A DNA stretch of 64,000 bases from Candidatus Bathyarchaeia archaeon (GTDB taxonomy: Archaea > Thermoproteota > Bathyarchaeia > Bathyarchaeales > Bathycorpusculaceae). The DNA lies in assembly GCA_049512935.1 (NCBI GenBank), contig JBEKWR010000011.1, forward strand, positions 1 through 64,000, given 5' to 3'. The notes under the pieces were generated by a model, which saw nothing but the letters and a program-made list of their open reading frames with translations, had not been told where the DNA came from and ran no database searches. Shown in pieces: positions 28,661-36,855 of the stretch. A program made the position numbers and the translations under genes. Every line of letters starts with the position of its first letter. The first letter of the stretch is position 1.

Positions 28661-28689
28661 CTATTCCACGCTGTGCAGATTTAAGATTT
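28661..28689. repeat. Cassette motif copy 8
   Basis: ctattccacgctgtgCAGATTTAAGATTT; ~50 bp nearly identical to the copy 3 region. Confidence 0.85.
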
Positions 28690-28768
28690 TTGACCATTAT
28701 GGCAGTTGCTTAAAAACAATTGCAAAAAATCAATTTATAGCTGCCGAAATAAAAAACGGGACTATATT

Positions 28769-29362
28769 CTATTCACTCTTTAAGAAAATTAGAAGTTCTT
28801 TCAAGCCTTTTTCTTCAGGTTTTCGTAATTCACCATCTTTCTTAAGCTGTTCGATAGTTTTTTTGAGATAAAGTTCTTTGGCTCTCTTTTTGCGAAAAAC
28901 TAATGCGTATACTTCTGCCTCTGGGTAAATTATTTTGTCAGGATATGATAACCTCTCAGAAAGAATAATTGTAGCGAAACGCAAGTTTTTATTTTTTTGT
29001 TTGAATTTGTCAAATGTGGTTTTTATATCCTCTGATTTCTTCTTACCAACAACGGCACTGTTACTGATTTTCAGAACAGCATCCAATTCTTTAACTGAAT
29101 ACTCTTTTCTGTTTTGGTCAACATCAGTCTTAATTAGATACAAAAGGTTCATTCCCGTTTTTACATCTTTTATTTTTACTCTAACATTCTGAGGCAATCT
29201 AATATCTTTAGGAAGACAGTTATGAATGGCAATTTGGGTTGCTTTCCCAGATTTTAGCATTGGAGAACCAGTTTGATTAGGATATTCCTTTGTGACTTCG
29301 ATAAGCATCTTATATTCTGTATCTTCATCAGATAATGATTTCAATTCTTCAAATTTAGTCAT
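28769..29362 (-). CDS. Lys-rich cytoplasmic hypothetical protein, possibly restriction-endonuclease-like fold (cassette)
   Basis: 197 aa; beta/alpha pattern LDAVLKI...RFATIILSER; motif core at 29395. Confidence 0.55.
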   Translation of the reverse strand: MTKFEELKSLSDEDTEYKMLIEVTKEYPNQTGSPMLKSGKATQIAIHNCLPKDIRLPQNVRVKIKDVKTGMNLLYLIKTDVDQNRKEYSVKELDAVLKISNSAVVGKKKSEDIKTTFDKFKQKNKNLRFATIILSERLSYPDKIIYPEAEVYALVFRKKRAKELYLKKTIEQLKKDGELRKPEEKGLKELLIFLKSE

Positions 29363-29378
29363 TTTTTATCCTATAGCC

Positions 29379-29478
29379 CTATTTCTACACTAACCAGATT
29401 TAAAACTTCTCTACTCTGTAATAGCGAAGTCCCTGACCCTTGAATGTACTCGATAATAGCGTAATCGTTTAATGTAAA
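29379..29478. repeat. Cassette motif copy 9 plus module B
   Basis: ctatttctacactaacCAGATTTAAAACTT...ccctgacccttgaatgtactcgataatagcgtaatcgtttaatgta. Confidence 0.85.
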
Positions 29479-29501
29479 CTTCACGTATGCGTAGGAAAAG
29501 G

Positions 29502-30143
29502 TCACTGATTTAAGTTAGCGGTTTTTCGAAGCTTAACTATCACAGCAGCGGAGAACACGGAAAGAAGCAAGGGCACAATCACCGACCAAGACAGTTCTGA
29601 AACTGCTTGGGTTGAGGCTGGTGTTGATGTAGGTGTTGCAGTAGTAGGTGTTGGCGTTGCGGTTGGAGAATTACTAGTCGTTGTCGAAGCTTGACCGTTC
29701 CAGATTATATTGTAGGTCTGCAACGTTGCGCTGTCAAGCATGGCGTAATCCATACTGCTTATTGAACTGCCAGAGGGAATTTGAAAGACTAATGCACCAC
29801 TGAATGAACCGCCATTAAGTACATTCACTGTACTCCAATTATTGAGGGCAAAAGTTTCAATGTCATAATAGTAAGCAACATTATTAGCTGTAGCTGAAAA
29901 ATATACTGGGTTAGTATCGAAACTGTCATAGCCATTGTTAGTAATAGTTATGTTAACAATCGCAAAAACGTAGCCTGATTGCGGACTGACATAAGCCAAG
30001 CCATTCCAAATTTGGTTCACCGTGAATGAACTGAAATTAATCGCTATGTTATCATCAGCTTTAACGGATTTTATGTTTGTCATCCAAACGACTGAAGCGA
30101 GAAATAACATTAAAAGAATGGAGATTAGGATTTTTTTGTTCAT
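29502..30143 (-). CDS. DUF4352-like Ig-fold surface protein with PT linker and C-terminal anchor
   Basis: GYVFAIVNITITNNG, GALVFQIP, TPTATPTP linker and VSELS + TM + basic tail. Confidence 0.75.
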   Translation of the reverse strand: MNKKILISILLMLFLASVVWMTNIKSVKADDNIAINFSSFTVNQIWNGLAYVSPQSGYVFAIVNITITNNGYDSFDTNPVYFSATANNVAYYYDIETFALNNWSTVNVLNGGSFSGALVFQIPSGSSISSMDYAMLDSATLQTYNIIWNGQASTTTSNSPTATPTPTTATPTSTPASTQAVSELSWSVIVPLLLSVFSAAVIVKLRKTANLNQ

Positions 30144-30270
30144 TTTCTGCCCCTTGCTGGCTCTATCTGCTGCTTTAGCATATAAGCTTTAACAGGCTTG
30201 CCTTTTTGCCGTCGCTAGGTTGCCAACACAAAAAGCGAAAATAAAAAAGAAAAGAAAAGGGTTTGTTGGT

Positions 30271-30555
30271 TTAGAGGCGTTTGATGTAGCGGTTGACTTC
30301 CCAGTCGGTTACTTGCGTGCGGTACAGGTTCCATTCGCGGCGTTTTTCCCGCAAAAAGTTGTCAAACGCGGTTTCGCCCAAGGTCTCGCGCATCAGGTCG
30401 CTGGTTTCCAACTCGTCTAAGGCTTCCTCAAGCGAGTCTGGCAGGGAAACGATGTTTCGTTCTTTGCGTTCTTCGTAGGTCATCTGGTAAATGTTCAGCT
30501 CCACCGGGTCGCCTGGGTCAATGCGGTTCCTGATGCCGTCCAAACCCGCCGCCAA
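30271..30555 (-). pseudogene. glnA: Duplicated 3' fragment of glnA (last 94 codons)
   Basis: Aligns without gaps to 33900-34184, with scattered, mostly third-position differences. Confidence 0.92.
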
Positions 30556-31238
30556 AGCCTGCTTGCTTACCCATAGATAGCAATGGACCAGAAACCAAAA
30601 CTAACCCGCATAGATTATGTAAAAACCAAAAAGTTAACCCGTACACATAAGGGCAAAAAAGCAGGTTACGGTTAATAGATGGTACACGTGCCTCTTTCAT
30701 TATCCTTAGAGAACATTAATTCTTTGTCTGCTAAAAACGCTCTTAACTCTGTAATGTTGCCGTTTGTCCTTATTGTAAGAATAAAAGCGCCACGTTCGTT
30801 TTTTCAATTACATTGACAAACTCTTTTTGTGAATATGATGACTGATTGTGCAAGCGTTAAAAAATAGCATCAAAAACTTCTCTTCCAATGAGGCGCACTC
30901 TTTTGTCAAAATTGCAGGGTTTGCATTTTCCACAATGGAGCATTTAGCAGAATATGATCTCCCTAACAATCGCAATTCAATGTCTTTGTAATCTTCGAAG
31001 TGCATTGGCTCCATGCAAATCGCGTTCATGGTAATTCGTTCTCTCACACTGCATCGTAGGCTACTTCTTGCGGGTGGTTTCGATTGACAAAAGAATTATT
31101 TGCAGAAGATGTTTAAAAAATAGGTATAAAAGTGCAGACTTTCTATTGTGAGTCTGATTCCAGAAAATACATAAGCTTTTTTACTAATTTAACGTAATAG
31201 TCGAACAATCTAGATACTATCACAATAGCGATGATAAA

Positions 31239-32084
31239 ATGGAAAAACCCGCTGTCGATACGATTATTTGCGGAGATTGTGAGCAAGTTCTCAGAGAAAA
31301 CTATCCCAAAAACTTCTTCAACTTGATTGTCACATCGCCACCATATGCAGACAGAAGAAAGAAAATATATGGTGGCATCCATCCTGACAAATATGTAGAT
31401 TGGTTCTTGCCAAAAAGCAAGGAATTTCTGAGAGTCTTAAAAGATGATGGAACATTCATTCTTAATCTTAAAGAGAGAGTTGCAGATGGAGAAAGACACA
31501 CTTTCAGATTAGAGCTAATTTTAGAGATGCGAAAGCAAGGTTGGCTGTGGACTGAAGAGTTCATATGGCATAAGAAAAACTGCTACCCTGGTAAATGGCC
31601 CAATCGTTTCAGAGATGCATGGGAACCAATATTGCAGTTCAACAAGAAGAAAAAGTTCAAAATGTTCCAAGAAGAAGTTATGATTCCAGTAGGCGACTGG
31701 TCTAAAAGAAGGCTGAGCAAACTAAGCGAGACTGACTACGTTAGAGACGAATCTAAAACTAGCAGCGGTTTTGGAAAGAAAATTGTCAATTGGGTTGGAA
31801 GAGACAAAGTTTATCCCACTAATGTTCTGCACATGGCAACTGAATGTGCATATAGAGGACACAGCGCTACATTTCCAATTGAGTTGCCTTCATGGTTCAT
31901 TAAGTTGTTCACTGAGAAGCATGATGTTGTGTTAGACCCTTTCATGGGTTCTGGAACAACAGCTCTAGCGTCAAAACAATTGAGCAGACACTATGTTGGA
32001 ATAGACACCTCGGAAGAATATTGTGAGGTTGCTAAAGAGAGAGCTACAGTTGTGAGTCAATCATCATTGGATGTCTTACTATGA
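31239..32084 (+). CDS. Site-specific DNA methyltransferase (beta class, N4-C/N6-A)
   Basis: TSPPY motif IV precedes DPFMGSGT motif I. Confidence 0.93.
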   Translation: MEKPAVDTIICGDCEQVLRENYPKNFFNLIVTSPPYADRRKKIYGGIHPDKYVDWFLPKSKEFLRVLKDDGTFILNLKERVADGERHTFRLELILEMRKQGWLWTEEFIWHKKNCYPGKWPNRFRDAWEPILQFNKKKKFKMFQEEVMIPVGDWSKRRLSKLSETDYVRDESKTSSGFGKKIVNWVGRDKVYPTNVLHMATECAYRGHSATFPIELPSWFIKLFTEKHDVVLDPFMGSGTTALASKQLSRHYVGIDTSEEYCEVAKERATVVSQSSLDVLL

Positions 32085-32842
32085 ACCAAATAGACATGAA
32101 GAAGGTTGTAGAGTTTGTTGATAGCAATATCGTTAACTTTCACAATGCAAAACTAGAATCTATTAAAGTGCTTCAACTTGATGAATTGTTAAAAAGAAAA
32201 AATCCGTACATGTTCAAAGCAAAAAACATTGCCACTGTTGAAGATTACGTGAGAAATCTTCTTGACGCACATCTGTATTCGCAAGAAGAAACAATGTTTG
32301 GCACTTTCTTAGAGAAACTTGCTATCTTCGTATGCAGCGAAGCCTTTGGCGGTCAGAAAACTCCTGCTGAAGGAATAGACTTAGATTTTTGTCGAGATGA
32401 CAAACGATACTTAGTGGCAATTAAGTCTGGCCCTCATTGGGGCAACAGTACACAAATAAAGAAGATGCTAGACTACTTCGCTCAAGCTAAAAGAATACTG
32501 AATTTAGATAACGTCTGTTGCCTCAATGGATGTTGCTATGGAAGATGCAACAAAGAGAACAAGGGCAAGTACATTAAGAAATGCGGGCAGTCTTTTTGGG
32601 AATTCATCTCTGGAAGTAGCGAATTCTACAAAGAAATAATTGAACCACTTGGACATAAAGCAAAAGAGAGAAACGAAGAATTCAACCAAGAATACGCAAA
32701 AGTCATAAATAAATTTGGGTTAGAATTTAGCGCTCTCTACTTGAAGGCAGACCACAGCATTGATTGGGAAAAAATTGTAGAATTCAACAGTGCAAGAAAA
32801 AAGCAGAAGAAATTTATTGCTGCAACACAAATAACTCTTTAA
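32081..32842 (+). CDS. Type II restriction endonuclease (PmeII-like)
   Basis: RKNPYMFKAK, GIDLDF and AIKSGPHWGNS; ATGA overlap with the MTase. Confidence 0.8.
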   Translation: MNQIDMKKVVEFVDSNIVNFHNAKLESIKVLQLDELLKRKNPYMFKAKNIATVEDYVRNLLDAHLYSQEETMFGTFLEKLAIFVCSEAFGGQKTPAEGIDLDFCRDDKRYLVAIKSGPHWGNSTQIKKMLDYFAQAKRILNLDNVCCLNGCCYGRCNKENKGKYIKKCGQSFWEFISGSSEFYKEIIEPLGHKAKERNEEFNQEYAKVINKFGLEFSALYLKADHSIDWEKIVEFNSARKKQKKFIAATQITL

Positions 32843-32918
32843 AATAACTTCTACTGATGCATTCTATTTCAATTGCAATTGATGAACTTTTTGCACTCAT
32901 ATCTAACATTGGCTTAAG

Positions 32919-33689
32919 CTATGCATTTACTGTGAGAGTAACTTCATGAGTTGTTACTTCGTTGCCGTCTGCTAAAACAGTGATAGTGATAACGTACTTT
33001 CCTGGCAGCACATTGTGCGACGCTAGATTGAAGCTGTAGTCTGTACTTTGCCCTAATGGTCCTAAACCAGTGATTGAACTAAAATTAGGTGTTATAGTCA
33101 GTCCTGAAGTACCTGATGGCGCTGTTGCTGTTGCAGAGAAATCCGAATAAGCGCCATGACCGTTGCTCTTAATTTCAAAGTGCAGAGCTGTATTGTCATT
33201 TTGTCCAATTTGACTTTTTTCTGGAACAACTGGATACCCAAAGGGTTCAGTCCAATGAACATTTGTAATTTCTATTGATGGAAGCACATAGCACGTAGGA
33301 CTTATATTAGCTGGGGTTGTGGTTCCATTGTAGGTATAGCTAATTGATATTGGGTAATAGCCATTAGCAATATCTGCCACTTGAATAAGGCAGGAAACTT
33401 GTTCCGTGGCGTTAGCTGCGACGTTAATTGAGTTTGAAGTAACTGTGCCAAATGCGTTTGACTCCAGAGTCACAAAAACTCCTTTTGCCTCTCCACCAGT
33501 ATTCTGAACACTAACAGCAACTGAATAGTTCAACGTGGCTTCTGCCAAAAATGAGTCTAAACTGACAGATAGTACTGGGGGTTGTGATGGCTCTTTTGGT
33601 GGCAAACTTAAGTAATACAAAGTACCAGCCAAACCAGCCGCTAAGATTAAACATACAATAGCAATTGCTGCAATGTACTTCGGTTTCAT
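32919..33689 (-). CDS. Membrane-anchored Ig-like surface protein
   Basis: N-terminal TM and two beta-sandwich-like segments. Confidence 0.7.
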   Translation of the reverse strand: MKPKYIAAIAIVCLILAAGLAGTLYYLSLPPKEPSQPPVLSVSLDSFLAEATLNYSVAVSVQNTGGEAKGVFVTLESNAFGTVTSNSINVAANATEQVSCLIQVADIANGYYPISISYTYNGTTTPANISPTCYVLPSIEITNVHWTEPFGYPVVPEKSQIGQNDNTALHFEIKSNGHGAYSDFSATATAPSGTSGLTITPNFSSITGLGPLGQSTDYSFNLASHNVLPGKYVITITVLADGNEVTTHEVTLTVNA

Positions 33690-33899
33690 TATCAGTGCCT
33701 CAAATTACGCACTCTATCGTTTTCAGTATTTAGTTATTGTTAACTTATATGTGTCAAAATCAAACAGTTAATTGAAATTGATCCCATACAGACTTAATGA
33801 GTACGCAAATGTATCAAACTGAACAGAGTTGTAGTATGCAAAAAAGTGAATTGAGACCCTGATTAAGCAAAAGAAAGGGGAAGGGAGGCTTTTCTTGTT

Positions 33900-35267
33900 T
33901 TAGAGTCGTTTGATGTAACGGTTGACTTCCCAGTCAGTTACTTGCGTGCGGTACAGGTCCCATTCCCTGCGTTTTTCCCGCAAAAAGTTGTCAAACGCGG
34001 TTTCGCCCAACGTTTCACGCATCAGGTCGCTGGTTTCCAGCTCGTCTAAGGCTTCCTGTAACGACTCGGGCAGGGATACGATGTTGCGTTCTTTGCGTTC
34101 TTCGTAGGTCATCTGGTAAACGTTCAGCTCCACTGGGTCGCCTGGGTCAATGCGGTTGCGTATGCCGTCTAAACCCGTCGCCAACAGCACCGCAAACTGC
34201 AGATACGGGTTTCCTGCGCCGTCTGGGTTGCGGATTTCGCATCGGGCAGCGTTCTTGCGTCCGCCGAAGTTGGGTACGCGGATGAGTGGAGAGCGGTTCT
34301 TGTGCGCCCAAGCAAGATACACTGGCGCCTCGTAGCCTGGAACCAGCCGTTTGAAACTGTTCGGCCAAGAGTCAAGGATTGCGCACATTTTGCGTCCGTG
34401 AGCCAGTTGCCCGCCGATGAAGTTCCTTGCGAGGTCGGAGAGGTAACCGCTCTTTTCGTCGTTCGCGTAAAACAGGTTCTGGGTTGCATCCTTGTTCCAG
34501 AGGCTCTGGTGAGTGTGCATTCCTGACCCGTTTATGCCGCTGAAAGGCTTAGGCATGTAAGTGGTGACGTAGCCGTTTCTGGCGGCGACCACTTTCCCGC
34601 ACATCTTCATTGTAATTGTTCGGTCAGCCGTCTTGAGCGCTTCGTCGTACTTGAAGTCGATTTCGTTCTGTCCCAAAGCGACCTCGTGATGGGATATTTC
34701 TATTTCGATGCCGAAGGCTTCAGCCGTGTCAGCTATTTCCCGCCTTAAATCATCTGTTAAGTCGCCTGGGTGAAAATCAAAGTAGCCCGCCATGTCAATC
34801 GGCGTCGGCAACCCGCCCTTTTCCTCGCTTTCCTTAACGATGAAAAACTCCAGTTCAGGAGCGCAGAAAAACGTGTAACCAGCCTTAGTCGCCTTGTCGA
34901 TGGCTCGCTCCAAAACAAACCTTGGGTCGCCTTCGAACCGCTTGTTCTGCGGAGTGTAAATGTCGCAGAGGAGCCGCGCGGAAGACTTCTCTTTTGGACG
35001 CCACGGCAAAACCGCGAAAGTTGTCGGGTCAGGATAAAGCACCATGTCCGACTCTTCAATGGGCCTGTAACCCGTGATAGACGAGCCGTCGAAGGACTGC
35101 CCATTCTCAAAAATTGATTCAATGTTTTTCGAGTTTACAGCCAAATTCTTAAGCATGCCGTTTATGTCGGTGAATTGTAGCCTGATGAACTTGATTTCTT
35201 GCTCTTGGATTTGCTGGACAACTTTTGTTACGCTTTCTTTCCACGCCGCGTCTTTAAAATTTTTCAT
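33900..35267 (-). CDS. glnA: Glutamine synthetase type I (alpha-like)
   Basis: FDGSS, HHEVALGQNEI, NGSGMH and RLVPGYEAP motifs. Confidence 0.95.
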   Translation of the reverse strand: MKNFKDAAWKESVTKVVQQIQEQEIKFIRLQFTDINGMLKNLAVNSKNIESIFENGQSFDGSSITGYRPIEESDMVLYPDPTTFAVLPWRPKEKSSARLLCDIYTPQNKRFEGDPRFVLERAIDKATKAGYTFFCAPELEFFIVKESEEKGGLPTPIDMAGYFDFHPGDLTDDLRREIADTAEAFGIEIEISHHEVALGQNEIDFKYDEALKTADRTITMKMCGKVVAARNGYVTTYMPKPFSGINGSGMHTHQSLWNKDATQNLFYANDEKSGYLSDLARNFIGGQLAHGRKMCAILDSWPNSFKRLVPGYEAPVYLAWAHKNRSPLIRVPNFGGRKNAARCEIRNPDGAGNPYLQFAVLLATGLDGIRNRIDPGDPVELNVYQMTYEERKERNIVSLPESLQEALDELETSDLMRETLGETAFDNFLREKRREWDLYRTQVTDWEVNRYIKRL

Positions 35268-35616
35268 GTTCCCATTTCACCTAGCGTTTAACTGTTTTAC
35301 CCCGTTTAAATTAATAAGTGTTTAAGCATAAATATCTTTAACGACCCAAGGCTCTTTATAAGCAAAATACGCAAACGTTCAAAAACCAAACCTTTTTTCG
35401 ACAAACGAACAAACAAAAAAGGCAAACCCGCAGAACCTTCGAAGAAAAACAGGAGCTTTTTAAAGGGTGAAAAAAGTTTCCGCAGGCAACGCATCCTCCA
35501 CAGACAGGTTTTCCAAGGGTTTCATGCGTAAACGTTCGGTCTAAAACCTCTTTTCTATAGATACCCTGCTCTTTGAAAAAAATCTTTTAAGCAAGGTCAA
35601 AACAAATACAAAATAG

Positions 35617-35853
35617 TTGAGAAAAATGAGACGGGTAAGATTAGCAGGTTTATTTCTTTTATATTTCGCTATAGCTATCCTAATTGAGGCTCTAATTTAT
35701 ATTATAGCAATAAATTCGCAAGCCAATAGAACTATTAATGATTTAGATTTAATCGGTTTTGCCATAGGCATATCAGGTGCTGCGTTATATCGAATACCGA
35801 AAGAGCCTAAAGCAAAACAGAACCCTGCTCAGAATGCCCCTCTACCCCCTTGA
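35617..35853 (+). CDS. Small two-TM hypothetical protein
   Basis: Two hydrophobic helices; TATA-like sequence upstream. Confidence 0.55.
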   Translation: MRKMRRVRLAGLFLLYFAIAILIEALIYIIAINSQANRTINDLDLIGFAIGISGAALYRIPKEPKAKQNPAQNAPLPP

Positions 35854-35994
35854 GAACTTGGGTAATAAAAAATCGGTGAAAAAAATTTGGGTAAAGCCAA
35901 AAAGTTTAGGAAAGACTTCACGCCCGAGCAATATGCTGCTTATTTAGAAAGATGGGCGAAGAATCCAGATAGTAGACCAAACCCGTGAATAGAC

Positions 35995-36210
35995 TTATTC
36001 GAATTCGGAGCGTGGCTTTTCCGTTTGTTTGATAATGTATTGGATCACAAAGACTGTGACTTCTTTGTGATGGGGCACCCATGTTGTTAAAATACGCTGA
36101 CCCGCCTTTTTCTTGAATGTAATGTGCTTACTGAACCTCACTTCTTGAAATCCATTAGACCTTAGAATCTCAATTACTTTTCGCTAAGGCAACGGTCGGA
36201 GCTTTGCCAT
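35995..36210 (-). pseudogene. hicA: HicA toxin with a premature TAG at codon 9
   Basis: MAKLRPLP*RKVIEILRSNGF...VPHHKEV...IIKQT; overlaps the hicB 3' end. Confidence 0.8.
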
Positions 36211-36469
36211 GCATAACACTCTCAGGAACCTTGACGGGAATGTTCGTTAGAGAAAAAGACATTAAATCATCCAAAGAAGGCTTTGCAGTGTCTGGGTCAC
36301 TTAAGTATTCATTGATGAGTTCAGCCAAGTTTTCTTTTACTTCTTTTTCTGTTTTTCCTTGCGTAGCAATGTCCAACGTAGGACAGGAAGCTACAAACCA
36401 TTTTCCCTCTTTTGTTATCAGAATTGGAAGAGGTATCGTCTCACACATAATCGTTAGAAATCCCATCAT
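36170..36469 (-). CDS. hicB: HicB-family antitoxin
   Basis: WFVASCPTLDIATQGKTEKEVKENLAELI. Confidence 0.85.
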   Translation of the reverse strand: MMGFLTIMCETIPLPILITKEGKWFVASCPTLDIATQGKTEKEVKENLAELINEYLSDPDTAKPSLDDLMSFSLTNIPVKVPESVMHGKAPTVALAKSN

Positions 36470-36593
36470 TGTCTTATAAGGATTTTACTAATCCAGAAAC
36501 TCTAATATCTGAAGATAATATGCCGCAGAATACAAAATTTAAAATGCGAAAAGGCGGACCTGAAAAATCAAAGGAACAGGCTTGCCTGGGAAT

Positions 36594-36777
36594 CAGGTAT
36601 CAATCGGTTTATACCTGTTTTTTCCGCCAGTTCATTGTTTTCTGCATTAGGAAAAAAGTTAAGCTTACGCTTGATTTGGACTCTAAATCAAAAAATCAAC
36701 CCGAAACAAGCCCCAAGCAGAAGCGCCTATCCTATAGGGGTCTATACTATTTGTGACAAAAAACCAACACAAAAAGC
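36594..36777 (-). repeat. Dispersed structured repeat, copy A (downstream of glnA-2)
   Basis: Reverse complement matches 44576-44826. Confidence 0.85.
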
Positions 36778-36855
36778 GCAAACGAAAAATCAGCGGAATG
36801 TCTCATGTCGAAAAAACGACAAAAAGAGGAAAATGGGGGTTGGGTTTGCCTCGGC

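Larger units (their letters stand above)
25265..30143 (-). mobile_element. Candidate gene-cassette array: 11 co-oriented small genes punctuated by a conserved ~30-bp motif
   Basis: Motif core CAGATTTAA(G/A)A(C/T)TT at 25576, 26622, 27101, 27339, 27816 (CTGAT variant), 28055, 28358, 28676 and 29395; region visibly AT-richer than its flanks. Confidence 0.6.
30556..33899. mobile_element. Restriction-modification islet flanked by glnA 3'-end direct repeats
   Basis: Direct repeats at 30271-30555 and 33900-34184; AT-rich cargo; no integrase. Confidence 0.7.

Noticed and set aside
25559-29478. Repeat array read as CRISPR
   Set aside because: Intervals are ~240-1050 bp, irregular and contain whole ORFs; the repeats are degenerate; there are no cas genes.
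25265-30143. Canonical integron or CALIN
   Set aside because: I found no RYYYAAC...GTTRRRY hairpin attC sites by eye and no IntI in the window. It is kept only as an analogy.
30161-30190. Additional motif copies before 29502..30143 and at ~33712-33735
   Set aside because: Only TATA-level similarity; the CAGATTTAA core is absent, so these were not counted.
30671-31047. ORF 30808..31047 plus an adjoining frame as a degraded integrase
   Set aside because: No recombinase motifs are recognisable; at most it is an unidentified gene remnant.
35995-36210. Pyrrolysine read-through of the TAG codons in hicA and relE
   Set aside because: There are no pyl genes in the window, many genes here end in TAG, and relE also has a frameshift, so decay is the simpler explanation.
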